Shown: positions 1 through 10,269, counted from the first letter of the stretch. The stretch is 64,000 bases of DNA from Candidatus Staskawiczbacteria bacterium (GCA_903835075.1 CAILLM010000004.1:80532-144531), one strand, 5' to 3'. Notes: generated from the letters alone by a model not told the origin. Translations and numbers: made by a program.

Positions 1-87
1 GGTGGAAAAGACGCCACGCCTTATCCTGTTGACACAGAAACTTACGACCAAACTATAGAAGGTCTTAAAAAGTTTATAAAACCTTGA
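1..87 (+). CDS. 3' end of probable DUF763-family protein (partial)
   Basis: Frame 1 reads GGKDATPYPVDTETYDQTIEGLKKFIKP*, resembling the GGKDG-P-PV...YD-TI C-terminal motif of DUF763. Confidence 0.6.
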   Translation, partial: GGKDATPYPVDTETYDQTIEGLKKFIKP

Positions 88-140
88 CACATATAAAATT
101 AGAGATAATGTTAAGCTAAATAGTAAATAATTATAAAAAT

Positions 141-1034
141 ATGATAAACGTTAAAAAGTTAAGTTTTGTATTAATATTAACAGCAATATTGTTTGTAACT
201 TCGGGCGTGGCGGTTTTTGCTCAATGGGTTGGCGGGGTTACTGTGCAAACAAATTTGCCAACAAATGTTTCTAATTATCAGACAACGCTTAATGGTAATT
301 TATCTATCCCGTACATAAGCAATTCGAATTATGTATATTTTCAATGGGGTACAACTAATGGATATGGTAATCAAACAAATCAACAATATTTAAACAATGG
401 TTCTTTTAGCCAAGTTATTTCTGGATTAAATTATAATACATCCTATCATTATAGGGCCGTGGCGCAGGGTAGTTTCGGAACTGTTTATGGCCAAGATGTG
501 GTTTTCTATATGGGGCAACAAGAGGTTAGCGGATCAAATTATGTGCAAACAAATTTACCAACAAACATCTTTGATACGGGTGCTACTTTTAATGGTTATT
601 TGTATGGAAGTTCTCAGTCAACAAATTATGCATATTTTCAGTGGGGCACAACTCAAGGTTATGGATATGAAACGCCCAAAACCACAATTGGTTATTCTGG
701 ATCATTCTCGCAAACTATGGGGAATTTGACGCCCAATACAATATATCACTACAGAGCTGTATCACAAAGTGGATATTATGGGACTACAATCTATGGCCCA
801 GATGTTGTGTTTACAACTTATGGCGGTACGGTCTATGTACCACCAATTGTTTATAATTACACTGGCGGTGGGCAGGTGCTTGGAGTTAGTACTGTTGATA
901 CGGGATTAACTAATAATTTTTTTACAGATTCATTTTTTATGCCGTTGCTGATTATTATTTTAAGTCTATGGTTATATTTTTCGGGTAGAGTGGACAAGTT
1001 AGCTAATAGATTAAAATTAAAATTTAGAAAATAA
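141..1034 (+). CDS. Secreted/membrane-anchored protein with two FN3-like repeats and a C-terminal VLG..VxTG-TM tail
   Basis: Signal peptide; two repeats VQTNLPTN...YFQWGTT.GYG...YHYRAV; C-terminal hydrophobic helix and basic tail. Confidence 0.8.
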   Translation: MINVKKLSFVLILTAILFVTSGVAVFAQWVGGVTVQTNLPTNVSNYQTTLNGNLSIPYISNSNYVYFQWGTTNGYGNQTNQQYLNNGSFSQVISGLNYNTSYHYRAVAQGSFGTVYGQDVVFYMGQQEVSGSNYVQTNLPTNIFDTGATFNGYLYGSSQSTNYAYFQWGTTQGYGYETPKTTIGYSGSFSQTMGNLTPNTIYHYRAVSQSGYYGTTIYGPDVVFTTYGGTVYVPPIVYNYTGGGQVLGVSTVDTGLTNNFFTDSFFMPLLIIILSLWLYFSGRVDKLANRLKLKFRK

Positions 1035-1058
1035 AAAAGGGGGTTTTGCCCCTTTTTT
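1033..1058. terminator. Intrinsic terminator (A-tract/hairpin/T-tract)
   Basis: AAAAAAGGGGG-TTTTG-CCCCTTTTTT right after the stop codon. Confidence 0.75.
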
Positions 1059-1089
1059 GTTACTCATAAATTTGTTAATATAGTTAAAT

Positions 1090-1689
1090 ATGGAAATAGA
1101 ATACGAAGCAACATTTACTAACATAAATAAGGACGAGTACAGGAAGAAATTAGAAGGAATTGGCGCAAAATTATTGAAATCAGAATTTTTACAAAAAAGG
1201 GTAGTCTTTGAATTACCAAAAGGTCATGAAATTAAAGGAGGCTGGCTTAGAGTAAGAGACGAAGGTGACAAAATAACAATGAGTTTAAAGATAGTTGATG
1301 GCAATAAAATAGAAAATCAAAAGGAGCTATGTTTGAGAGTAGATAATTTTGAACATGCAACGGAATTTTTAATTAGTATTGGATGTACTAAAAAGGGTTA
1401 CCAGGAAAGTAAACGAGAGTTATGGGTTTTAAATGGAGTGGAAATAACAATTGATGAATGGCCGTTTTTGGAGCCATATTTAGAAATAGAAGGGAAGTCC
1501 GAAAAAGAAGTTAAAAATGTTTCTGAAAAACTTGGGCTAGATTATTCTACTGCGATGTTTTGCGCGGTAGATACTATTTATAGTAAAAAATATAATTTGC
1601 CAGAGAATGTAATTGATAATAATATTTCAAAAATTATTTTTGGTGGAGAAAATCCGTTTATAAATTATAAAGATAAAAATGGCAATTGA
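1090..1689 (+). CDS. CYTH domain protein (class IV adenylate cyclase-like)
   Basis: N-terminal EIEYE, WLRVR, ITIDEWPFLEPYLEIE motifs. Confidence 0.85.
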   Translation: MEIEYEATFTNINKDEYRKKLEGIGAKLLKSEFLQKRVVFELPKGHEIKGGWLRVRDEGDKITMSLKIVDGNKIENQKELCLRVDNFEHATEFLISIGCTKKGYQESKRELWVLNGVEITIDEWPFLEPYLEIEGKSEKEVKNVSEKLGLDYSTAMFCAVDTIYSKKYNLPENVIDNNISKIIFGGENPFINYKDKNGN

Positions 1690-4552
1690 TTTGAATAAAT
1701 TAAATAAAGAGCAAAAAGAAGCTGTGTTGCACGACAAGGGTCCGCTTTTAATTGTAGCAGGAGCTGGCACAGGGAAGACAACAGTTATAACCCAGCGCAT
1801 AGTTAATTTAATTGAGCAAAAGCTAGCTAGGCCAGAAGAAATTTTAGCGGTTACTTTCACTGAAAAAGCCGCACTTGAAATGGAAGAAAGGGTTGATAGG
1901 CTTTTAGATTATGGTTATACGGATCTGTGGATTTCAACCTTTCATGCTTTTTGCGAAAAAGTTTTAAGAGAAAATGCGCTAGATATTGGTTTGGCTCCTA
2001 ACTTTAAAATGTTAGATGGAACAGCCTCTTGGCTTTTAGCTAGGCAAAATTTAGATAAGTTTGATTTAAAATATTATAAATCTTTGGGAAATCCTACGAA
2101 GTTTATTCAAGCTTTAATTTCTCATTTTTCTCATTGCAAAGACCAAGAAGTATATCCAGAAAATTATTTAGAATATGCCAACACCCTAAAAACTACTAAT
2201 GACGACATAGAGGGTCAAGAAACAGAAAGAGTCAAAGAGGTCGCAAACGCTTACCGTGTTTACCAGCAAATTTTGTTAGATAACGGCTCTTTAGACTTTG
2301 GAGACTTAATAAACTATTGTTTAAAACTATTCAAAAAACGACCTTTAATTTTAAAAAAATACAGAGAAAAATTTAAATATATTTTAGTTGATGAATTCCA
2401 AGATACTAATTGGGCTCAATATGAATTAATCAAGATATTAGCGGAGCCAGAAAATAATTTAACTGTTTGCGCTGATGATGACCAGGCAATATACAGATGG
2501 CGCGGAGCTTCTTTTTCCAACATCATAAAATTCAAAGAAGATTTTCCCGAGGCTAAACAAATTTCCCTTATAAATAATTATAGGTCTAGCCAAAACATTT
2601 TAGACCAGTCATATAATTTTATAAAACAAAATGATCCAGATAGACTAGAATTTAGAATTAAAATAAATAAAAAATTAGTTGCTAATATTCCAGAAAAAGG
2701 AACTATAAAACATATTCACTGTAAAACTTTGGAGCAGGAAGTTGGACAAGTTGTAAAGAAAATTTTGGAAATTAAAAAAAGCGATAAAAAGATTTCATAC
2801 AGCGAATTTGCAATTTTAGTTAGGGCAAATGATTCAGCAATTCCATTTATTAGAGCCTTAGAGCGTGCACAATTGCCGTATCAATTTTTAGCTTCAAGGG
2901 GTCTTTATTCTAAGCCAGTAGTTTTAGATATAATTTCTTATTTTAAAATATTAGATAATTATCATGAAGGAATTGCAACATACAGAATTTTAAGTTTGCC
3001 ATTTTTAGAAATTGATAATGCAGACATAGCTACAATAACTCAATATAGCCACAAAAAAACAAAGTCTTTATTTGAGTCGCTACAGGAATTAACTCTTATT
3101 GCCGGTATATCTAAAAATACACACGAGAAAGTGGCTTTTCTATTAAGTTTGATACAAAAACATAGCGAAATGGCGAGAGACAAGGGGGTCTCAGAGGTTT
3201 TAGTCAATTTTTTAGTTGACTCAGGATACTTAGAATATATTAAAGATGACCAAGATAAAATAGATTTAGTAAACCAATTTTTAAAGAAAACAAAACAATT
3301 TGAAGATAATAACTTAGAGCCAACCTTGAAGAGCTTTATGGAGCAAATGACCCTTGAAATTGAATCTGGTGAGGAGGGCAAATTGGAATTTGACCCAGAA
3401 CAGGGCCCTGACATGATTAAAGTAATGACAATCCACGGAGCTAAAGGATTAGAGTTTAAATATGTATTTTTAGTAGGCATGGTAGACAGAAGATTTCCAA
3501 CAGACCAAAGAAAAGACCCAATAGAATTACCAGATGCTCTTATTAAAGACATAAAACCAACTGGAGATGTCCACTTGCAGGAAGAAAGAAGGCTTTGTTA
3601 TGTTGCCATGACTAGGGCTAAAAATGGTCTTTACTTTACTTCAGCAGATGATTACGGTGGACAAAGAAAAAAGAAATTATCTAGATTTTTAACAGAAATG
3701 GGATATAAACAAGAAGATTTATCTTCGGTTGCGGAAAGTGAATTATTAAAAGAAAGAAATAAGGTCATAGCAATAAAGCCAAAATATTCTTATGCTATTC
3801 CAGATCATTTTTCTTTTTCTCAATTAGCTATTTATGAAAAATGTCCGTTACAATATAAATTTCAATATATATTAAAAATTCCTCAAAAAGGAAAAGCAGT
3901 TTTTTCTTTTGGAAGTACAGTGCACAACACTTTCCACCAATTTTTAAAACTAGTTAATGAAAATCCCTCCTCCGCCGAGGCTACGGAAGGGTCGCTCAAA
4001 AATTTAAGAGAAATTTATGAGCGAAATTGGATTGATGAATGGTATGAATCTAAAAAACAAAAACAAGATTATAGAAAAAATGGTGAAAGAATAATAAAAA
4101 ATTTTTATGATAATTTTTTAAAAAATCCGCCCAAACTTTTGGAGATTAATGGTTCACTAGCGCTTGAAACTCCTTTTAATTTAAAAATTGGGGAAGACAC
4201 AATTTATGGAAGAATAGATAGAATTGATAATAATGATGGCGAGATTGAAATTATAGATTACAAAACCGGCAAACCCAAAGAAAAGCTAACCCCAGAAGAA
4301 AAGGAGCAACTTTTAATATACCAAATGGCTGCCCAAGAAGTTTTGGATATAAAACCCCACAAGCTTACTTATCATTATTTAGAAGAAGATAAGAAAATTT
4401 CATTTTTGGGGACAGAGCACGAAATAGAAAATTTGAGAGAAAAAATAAAAGGAATAATTAAAAAAATTAAAAATAACGAGTTTGATGCAAAGCCAGGTTT
4501 TAATTGTGAGTATTGCGACTTTAAAGACTTGTGTGATTTTGCCCAAAGATAG
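1679..4552 (+). CDS. UvrD/PcrA-family helicase fused to a C-terminal PD-(D/E)XK nuclease (AdnA/AddA-like)
   Basis: AGAGTGKT, LVDEFQDTN, MTIHGAKGLEF, EERRLCYVAMTRA; C-terminal GRIDRID..IIDYKTG with Cys cluster. Confidence 0.92.
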   Translation: MAIDLNKLNKEQKEAVLHDKGPLLIVAGAGTGKTTVITQRIVNLIEQKLARPEEILAVTFTEKAALEMEERVDRLLDYGYTDLWISTFHAFCEKVLRENALDIGLAPNFKMLDGTASWLLARQNLDKFDLKYYKSLGNPTKFIQALISHFSHCKDQEVYPENYLEYANTLKTTNDDIEGQETERVKEVANAYRVYQQILLDNGSLDFGDLINYCLKLFKKRPLILKKYREKFKYILVDEFQDTNWAQYELIKILAEPENNLTVCADDDQAIYRWRGASFSNIIKFKEDFPEAKQISLINNYRSSQNILDQSYNFIKQNDPDRLEFRIKINKKLVANIPEKGTIKHIHCKTLEQEVGQVVKKILEIKKSDKKISYSEFAILVRANDSAIPFIRALERAQLPYQFLASRGLYSKPVVLDIISYFKILDNYHEGIATYRILSLPFLEIDNADIATITQYSHKKTKSLFESLQELTLIAGISKNTHEKVAFLLSLIQKHSEMARDKGVSEVLVNFLVDSGYLEYIKDDQDKIDLVNQFLKKTKQFEDNNLEPTLKSFMEQMTLEIESGEEGKLEFDPEQGPDMIKVMTIHGAKGLEFKYVFLVGMVDRRFPTDQRKDPIELPDALIKDIKPTGDVHLQEERRLCYVAMTRAKNGLYFTSADDYGGQRKKKLSRFLTEMGYKQEDLSSVAESELLKERNKVIAIKPKYSYAIPDHFSFSQLAIYEKCPLQYKFQYILKIPQKGKAVFSFGSTVHNTFHQFLKLVNENPSSAEATEGSLKNLREIYERNWIDEWYESKKQKQDYRKNGERIIKNFYDNFLKNPPKLLEINGSLALETPFNLKIGEDTIYGRIDRIDNNDGEIEIIDYKTGKPKEKLTPEEKEQLLIYQMAAQEVLDIKPHKLTYHYLEEDKKISFLGTEHEIENLREKIKGIIKKIKNNEFDAKPGFNCEYCDFKDLCDFAQR
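3965..3991. repeat. GC-rich palindromic element in frame in the helicase-nuclease gene (family A; PSSAEATEG)
   Basis: CCCTCCTCCGCCGAGGCTACGGAAGGG hairpin; resembles 29098 and 49104. Confidence 0.7.
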
Positions 4553-4604
4553 GAACTATTTTTGTTATTCCTACGTATTAATATAATAAAAAATAAATAT
4601 TAAA

Positions 4605-5738
4605 ATGAAAGAAATCATAAAAGATGAGTTTGGTCCAGAATATGTAATAAATATTTATGACCCTAAATTAAAAATGGAGGGTTTTTTAGTTATTGACAAC
4701 ACTGTGTTGGGGCCGGGAAAGGGTGGAATAAGAATGACTGAAAATGTAACACCAGAAGAAGTTTTTAGGCTAGCAAGAACAATGACTTTTAAAAATGCTT
4801 TAGCAGACCTGCCTTTTGGTGGAGCTAAAGCGGGGATAGTTTGGAAGGGTGGAAGTGATGAATTAAAAAAGCAGTTTATACAAAGCTTTGCAAAATCAAT
4901 TAAGCTTTTAACGCCTAAAAAATATATTGCCGCTCCAGACGTTTATACAGGAGAGAAGGAAATGCAGTGGTTTGTAGAGGCCACAGGAGATTGGAGGTCT
5001 GCTACGGGAAAGCCAGCCACTTACTGCATGAGAGCATTTGGTAAAAAGGGCGAAAGATGTGGCATCCCTCACGAGTATGGAAGCACGGGATTTGGAGTTG
5101 CAAAAACAGCAGAAGCTGCTGCTGAAATTTTAGGAATAAATATTGAGGGTGCTAAAGTTGCCATACATGGTTTTGGAAATGTTGGAACTTTTGCTTATAA
5201 ATTTTTAACAGAAATGGGAGCAAAGGTTATTGTTTTAGCAGATCATGAAGCTGCTATTTATGAGGAGAATGGTTTTGATCATAAATTAATTTCAGAAATT
5301 ATCAAAGACAGAAAAACTTTAAAACATTATCCCCATGGTCAAAAAATTCCTGCAGAAAAATTTTGGGAAATTGAAACAGACATTTTAATCCCTGCATCAA
5401 TTACAAACGTAATTAATGAAAGTAATAAAAATAAAATTAAAACAAGATTAATTGTTGAGGCGGGCAATATTCCTATGTCTGAAGAAACAGAGAAAGAGTT
5501 TTTTAAAAAAGGAATTCCCGTGGTGCCAGATTTTATTGCTAATGCTGGTGGAGTTATTTCTTCATATGCAGAATACAGGGGTTATAATCCTAAAAGAATG
5601 ATGGAAACAATAGAGAAAAAAATAACGAAAAATGTTAAGATTATAATGAAGAAGAGCATTAAGGAAAAAAAGGATCCGCGCGACGTGGGTTTAGAAATAG
5701 CTATTAATAGAATTACAAAAAAGCATGGAAACAATTAA
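4605..5738 (+). CDS. gdhA: Glu/Leu/Phe/Val dehydrogenase (glutamate dehydrogenase-like)
   Basis: GPGKGGIR, LPFGGAKAG, APDVYTG, GFGNVG, PDFIANAGGV. Confidence 0.88.
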   Translation: MKEIIKDEFGPEYVINIYDPKLKMEGFLVIDNTVLGPGKGGIRMTENVTPEEVFRLARTMTFKNALADLPFGGAKAGIVWKGGSDELKKQFIQSFAKSIKLLTPKKYIAAPDVYTGEKEMQWFVEATGDWRSATGKPATYCMRAFGKKGERCGIPHEYGSTGFGVAKTAEAAAEILGINIEGAKVAIHGFGNVGTFAYKFLTEMGAKVIVLADHEAAIYEENGFDHKLISEIIKDRKTLKHYPHGQKIPAEKFWEIETDILIPASITNVINESNKNKIKTRLIVEAGNIPMSEETEKEFFKKGIPVVPDFIANAGGVISSYAEYRGYNPKRMMETIEKKITKNVKIIMKKSIKEKKDPRDVGLEIAINRITKKHGNN

Positions 5739-6054
5739 TTTTGATGATTTTAAAAAATTAGACATAAGAATGGGCAAGATTCTCTCGGCTGAAAGAATTG
5801 AAGGGTCTGATAAATTACTAAAATTAGAGGTTGATTTTGGGGAAGACAGGCGTCAAATATTGGCTGGAATAGCCCAATTTTATGCCCCAGAGTCACTTGT
5901 GGGGAAAGAGTGTCCTTTTGCCTATAACCTAGCCCCGCGCGTCATGAAGGGGCTAGAGAGCCAAGGGATGCTTATGTGCCCCTCAGATGAGGCTGGCAGA
6001 CCAGTATTATTACACCCCGATAAAGAGGTGCTTGCGGGTAGTATAATTAAATAG
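5725..6054 (+). CDS. tRNA-binding OB-fold protein (MetRS C-terminal/Trbp111/CsaA-like)
   Basis: FDDFKKLDIRMGKI...DKLLKLEVDFG...NLAPRVMKGLESQGM. Confidence 0.88.
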   Translation: METINFDDFKKLDIRMGKILSAERIEGSDKLLKLEVDFGEDRRQILAGIAQFYAPESLVGKECPFAYNLAPRVMKGLESQGMLMCPSDEAGRPVLLHPDKEVLAGSIIK

Positions 6055-6059
6055 TTAAT

Positions 6060-6899
6060 ATGGTACAAGATAAATACAATGCAGTTTGGGTTTCTCATTC
6101 TTCAATTGGTGACTTTTTAAAGTGTCCAAGGCTTTATTTTTTACATAATGTTTATAAAAATGAACTTGGAAGAAAAATAAATCTAACTAGCCCAGCTCTT
6201 TCTTTGGGAATTGCTGTTCACGAAACAATTGAGGGGTTGTCAAAATATAAAGTTGAGGAAAGATTTTTTAAATCCCTAGAAGAAACATTTGAGGAGGAAT
6301 GGGTAAAAGTTTCTGGTAGAAAAGGTGGTTTTAAAACAGAACAAGAAGAAGCCGAGGCCAAAGAACGTGGCAGAAAAATGGTTTTAAGAGTTGAAAAAAA
6401 CCCAGGGCCACTTGCAAATAAAACAATAAAACTTGCACCTGCTCATAACAATATGCCACCAAATTTCTTTTTGTCTGAAGAAGAAAATATTATTTTAAAT
6501 GGTAAAATTGATTGGATAGAATATGTTCCAGAAGATGATAGTATTAGAGTTATTGATTTTAAAACTGGGAAAAATGAAGAAAAAGCAGATTCTTTACAAC
6601 TTCCAATTTATTTGTTGCTTTTAAATAATCTACAAAAAAGAAAAGTGTCTGGAGCTGCATATTGGTATTTAGATATGGCTGATAAACCAGTTGCAGTTAA
6701 TTTACCAAATGCTGACAAGGCTCACGCACAAGTTTTAGAAATTGCCAGAAGAATTAAAACAGCCAGAGAAAACCAAGAATTTAGTTGTCCAAGGGGGCCA
6801 CAAGGATGTTTCGCCTGTAAGCCATTTGAAAAGATTTTAAAAGGTGAAGCAGAATATATTGGTGTTGGAGGTTATGGCCAAGATATGTATATAATTTAA
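6060..6899 (+). CDS. PD-(D/E)XK nuclease family protein (RecB/Cas4-like)
   Basis: SHSSI..FLKCPR, LGIAVH, GKIDW, VIDFKTG, C-terminal C..CFAC. Confidence 0.85.
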   Translation: MVQDKYNAVWVSHSSIGDFLKCPRLYFLHNVYKNELGRKINLTSPALSLGIAVHETIEGLSKYKVEERFFKSLEETFEEEWVKVSGRKGGFKTEQEEAEAKERGRKMVLRVEKNPGPLANKTIKLAPAHNNMPPNFFLSEEENIILNGKIDWIEYVPEDDSIRVIDFKTGKNEEKADSLQLPIYLLLLNNLQKRKVSGAAYWYLDMADKPVAVNLPNADKAHAQVLEIARRIKTARENQEFSCPRGPQGCFACKPFEKILKGEAEYIGVGGYGQDMYII

Positions 6900-6921
6900 A
6901 AATATTAATTGTCCCAAAAAT

Positions 6922-7401
6922 ATGAGTAAAAAAATTTTATTAGTTTCTGGTTTGGCGGTTTTATTAGGTGGATTTTTTGTATATGAAAAATTTGTTGTAA
7001 CTCCATCAAACCAAACTCCAATTATAAATAATGATCAGACTCAGGTGTCAGGGAATAATCCGCCACCACAAAATACAACACCAGTTGTCCCCACAACCCC
7101 TGTTGCGCCAGTTGCTTCTGGGTTTAAAAATGGGACTTACACTGGAGGCGTAGCCCAATCAATGTATGGGCCGGTCCAAGCACAAATTGTTGTTAGCTCT
7201 GGCAAAATTGTGAATGTTAATTTTTTACAATATCCTAATGATAGGCCTGCTAGCTTAAGAAAAAGCCAAATGGCTATGCCAGTAATTAAACAAGAGGTGA
7301 TTCAAAGCCAAAGTGCAAACGTAAACACAGTGTCAGGGGCAACAGAAACAAGTTATTATTTTATTCAATCAATATCATCAGCGCTGAGCCAAGCGTCATA
7401 A
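6922..7401 (+). CDS. Membrane-anchored FMN-binding (flavinylated) protein
   Basis: N-terminal TM, FKNGTYTG, YGPVQ, flavinylation motif VSGATETS. Confidence 0.88.
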   Translation: MSKKILLVSGLAVLLGGFFVYEKFVVTPSNQTPIINNDQTQVSGNNPPPQNTTPVVPTTPVAPVASGFKNGTYTGGVAQSMYGPVQAQIVVSSGKIVNVNFLQYPNDRPASLRKSQMAMPVIKQEVIQSQSANVNTVSGATETSYYFIQSISSALSQAS

Positions 7402-8156
7402 TGAAAGAAACAAGATTATTAATGGGCATGCCCATAACAATAGAAATTGTTGATGAAGCAGTAAACAAAGAAATATTTGAAAAGGCTTTTGAATATTTTG
7501 GATATATAGATAAAACTTTTAGTCCATTTAAGCCAGATAGCGAAATTTCAAAAATAAATCGCAAAGAAATTATAGAAAGTGATTGGAACAAAGATATAAA
7601 AGAAGTTTTTTTGCTTGCTGAAAAAACCAAACAAGAAACAAAAGGATATTTTGATATTGTAGATAATAATGGGAAGTACAATCCTTCTGGCATTGTAAAG
7701 GGTTGGGCGATATTAAAAGCATCACAACTAATAAAAGACCTGGGGTTCAACAATTTTTATGTTAATGCTGGCGGAGATGTACAATTTTTTGGAAAAAATA
7801 ATGATGGCAAAACCTGGAGTATTGGGATAAAAAATCCGTTTAATCAAAAAGAAATAGTTAAGGTAGTTTATTTAAAAGACGGCAATGGGATTGCCACGTC
7901 TGGAAATTATATTAGGGGAGATCATATTTATAATCCTAATGATAGAAAAGAAAAAATTGAAGATATTGTTAGTTTTACTGTAATAGGCCCAGACGTTTGT
8001 GAAGCTGATAGGTTTGCAACAGCAGTTTTTGCAATGGGGAGAGATGGAATAAATTTTTTAAATGAAATGCCAGAATATGCTGGATACATGATAAACAAAA
8101 ATGGCATAGCTTATATGACTAATAATTTTGATAAATACACAAATGAAAATTTTTAA
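7401..8156 (+). CDS. apbE: FAD:protein FMN transferase
   Basis: MGMPITI, SGIVKGW, VNAGGD, IATSGNY, ADRFATA. Confidence 0.9.
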   Translation: MKETRLLMGMPITIEIVDEAVNKEIFEKAFEYFGYIDKTFSPFKPDSEISKINRKEIIESDWNKDIKEVFLLAEKTKQETKGYFDIVDNNGKYNPSGIVKGWAILKASQLIKDLGFNNFYVNAGGDVQFFGKNNDGKTWSIGIKNPFNQKEIVKVVYLKDGNGIATSGNYIRGDHIYNPNDRKEKIEDIVSFTVIGPDVCEADRFATAVFAMGRDGINFLNEMPEYAGYMINKNGIAYMTNNFDKYTNENF

Positions 8157-9669
8157 AATAATTGATGATTTTCTAAATAAAACAACAATGTACAGGCTTA
8201 CCCTGTATGGCGTTGTTTCTTTGTGGTTTTTAGCATTATTTTTTAGCGTGGTTGGAATTTTACACTACAACCCCATTGATTTGGTGGTTACCCTAGCACT
8301 GGCATTTGGGATTTGCGTGTTGGTTAATGAAGTTTTTGCTAGAACTTTTGGCGCACCATCAAATAATGAATCTGTATATATAACAGCCTTTATTCTAGCT
8401 TCTATAATTTCTCCAATAAGTTCTTTGCCAGATTTCTATTTTTTACTTTGGGCTTGCATTCTAGCAATGGCTACAAAATATATTTTAGCTATTGGTAAAA
8501 AACATATTTTTAACCCCGCTGCTGCGGGAGTTGTTTTGGCGTCTCTAGTTTCTGGGGGCGCCGCAACGTGGTGGATGGGAACCATTTATATGGCTCCGTT
8601 TGTTTTAATTGTAGGAATACTTATATGTAAAAAAATTAAAAGGTTTGATTTATTTTTAAGTTTTATAGTATCTTCGTTTGTTTTCATTATTGGTTATGAT
8701 ATTTTTGTAGGTCAAAATTTTATCTCGGCAATTGGTAGTACCTTATTTAATTCACCAATTATTTATTTAGGATCTGTTATGTTAACAGAACCCATGACAA
8801 CTCCGCCAATCAAAAAATCAAGAATAATTTATGGGGCATTGATTGGATTTTTAGGGGATCCATTTATAAATATAGCAGGATTTTATTCTACACCAGAGAT
8901 TGCATTGGTTTTAGGAAACATTTATTCCTATGCTGTAAGTTCAAAACGAAAACTTATATTAAAATTAAAAAAAAAGAATAAAATTGCAAACGAAACATAT
9001 GACTTTGTATTCTTGTCAAATCAAAAATTCAATTATAAGCCAGGGCAATATTTGGAATGGACTTTACCGCACGAGAAAATAGATAATAGGGGAATGAGGA
9101 GGTATTTTACTGTTGCCTCTTCGCCAACAGAAAAAGAAATTATAATGGGTGTTAAGTTTTACGATAACCCTAGTTCTTACAAGCAATCGCTAATTTCTTT
9201 GGGCGAACAGGGTACAATTGTTGCTTCGCAATTGGCAGGAGATTTCACTTTACCAGAAGATAAAAATAAAAAATTAGTTTTTATTGCTGGAGGCATAGGG
9301 GTTACTCCTTTTAGAAGTATGATAAAATATCTTATTGATAAGAATGAGAAAAGAGATATCACAATTTTTTATTCTAATAAAGGCATATCAGATATCACTT
9401 ATAAAGATATTTTTGATGAAGCTTTTTTAAATCTTGGGATTAAAACAATTTATTGTTTGAGTGACTCGGAAAGCACGCCGAAAGATTGGAGTGGAGAAAA
9501 AGGCTTTATAACGCCAGAAATGATCAGAAAATATGTTCCTGATTTTGCACAAAGAACTTTTTATATGTCTGGACCAAGGTCTATGATACTTGCTTTCCAG
9601 GATTCTCTTGGTAAGATGGGCATTCCTAAGAATCGCATAAAAACAGACTTCTTTCCGGGGTTTGTATAA
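8143..9669 (+). CDS. RnfD/NqrB-like membrane domain fused to an FNR-type FAD/NAD(P)-binding oxidoreductase
   Basis: Multi-TM N-half with KHIFNPAA and MLTEPMTTP; C-half RRYFTVASSP, FIAGGIGVTPFRSM, SGP, terminal FFPGF. ATG 8143 preferred over track start 8128. Confidence 0.88.
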   Translation: MKIFKIIDDFLNKTTMYRLTLYGVVSLWFLALFFSVVGILHYNPIDLVVTLALAFGICVLVNEVFARTFGAPSNNESVYITAFILASIISPISSLPDFYFLLWACILAMATKYILAIGKKHIFNPAAAGVVLASLVSGGAATWWMGTIYMAPFVLIVGILICKKIKRFDLFLSFIVSSFVFIIGYDIFVGQNFISAIGSTLFNSPIIYLGSVMLTEPMTTPPIKKSRIIYGALIGFLGDPFINIAGFYSTPEIALVLGNIYSYAVSSKRKLILKLKKKNKIANETYDFVFLSNQKFNYKPGQYLEWTLPHEKIDNRGMRRYFTVASSPTEKEIIMGVKFYDNPSSYKQSLISLGEQGTIVASQLAGDFTLPEDKNKKLVFIAGGIGVTPFRSMIKYLIDKNEKRDITIFYSNKGISDITYKDIFDEAFLNLGIKTIYCLSDSESTPKDWSGEKGFITPEMIRKYVPDFAQRTFYMSGPRSMILAFQDSLGKMGIPKNRIKTDFFPGFV

Positions 9670-9673
9670 TCCT

Positions 9674-10228
9674 ATGTTAGAAACTCTTGAAGACAAAGAA
9701 TTAATAAAAAAATATTTGAAAGGCGAAGCACGAGCCTTTGATTTTTTGGTTGAAAAGAATTTAAAATTAATTTATAATTTTGTATATAAAAATGTTGGCA
9801 ATGAAGCTAGCGCAGAAGATATAACTCAAGAAGTTTTTATTAAAGTTTGGAAGAATATCAAAAAATTTGACCAAACTAAAAGCTTTAAGCCGTGGATTTT
9901 CCAAATAGCCAAAAATACTTCGATTGATTTTTTAAGAAAAAAGAAGAGCATACCATTTTCTAAATTTGAAAATGAAAAAGGGCAAAATGTGTTGGTTGAG
10001 AACACACCAGCTAAGCCTACCAATTTATTAGAAAATTTAAGTGATAAAAAAACATTGGCAACCGCAATGCACAATTTGTCTGAGAAGGAGCAAAAACTTA
10101 TTAATCTCCGGCATGCAGAGGGGCTTAGTTTTAAAGAAATTGCAGGACGGCTTAAGGAATCAGTGAACACAATAAAGAGCAGGTATCGTAGAAGTCTTTC
10201 TAATTTAAGGAAAAATATACACAAATAA
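9674..10228 (+). CDS. ECF-type RNA polymerase sigma-70 factor
   Basis: AEDITQEVFIKVW, FKPWIFQIAKN, region 4 GLSFKEIA..TIKSR; track start 9662. Confidence 0.9.
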   Translation: MLETLEDKELIKKYLKGEARAFDFLVEKNLKLIYNFVYKNVGNEASAEDITQEVFIKVWKNIKKFDQTKSFKPWIFQIAKNTSIDFLRKKKSIPFSKFENEKGQNVLVENTPAKPTNLLENLSDKKTLATAMHNLSEKEQKLINLRHAEGLSFKEIAGRLKESVNTIKSRYRRSLSNLRKNIHK

Positions 10229-10254
10229 GCACCAAAATACCATATTCAAGCGTA
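10229..10254 (+). promoter_or_regulatory. Putative ECF-sigma promoter
   Basis: GCACC-N17-CGTA immediately after the sigma gene; CGTA -10 is typical of ECF promoters. Confidence 0.45.
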
Positions 10255-10269
10255 ATAATAATATAAAAC

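Noticed and set aside
6060..6899. Cas4-like nuclease as evidence of CRISPR-Cas
   Set aside because: No repeat-spacer array or other cas genes in the window; stand-alone PD-(D/E)XK proteins are common
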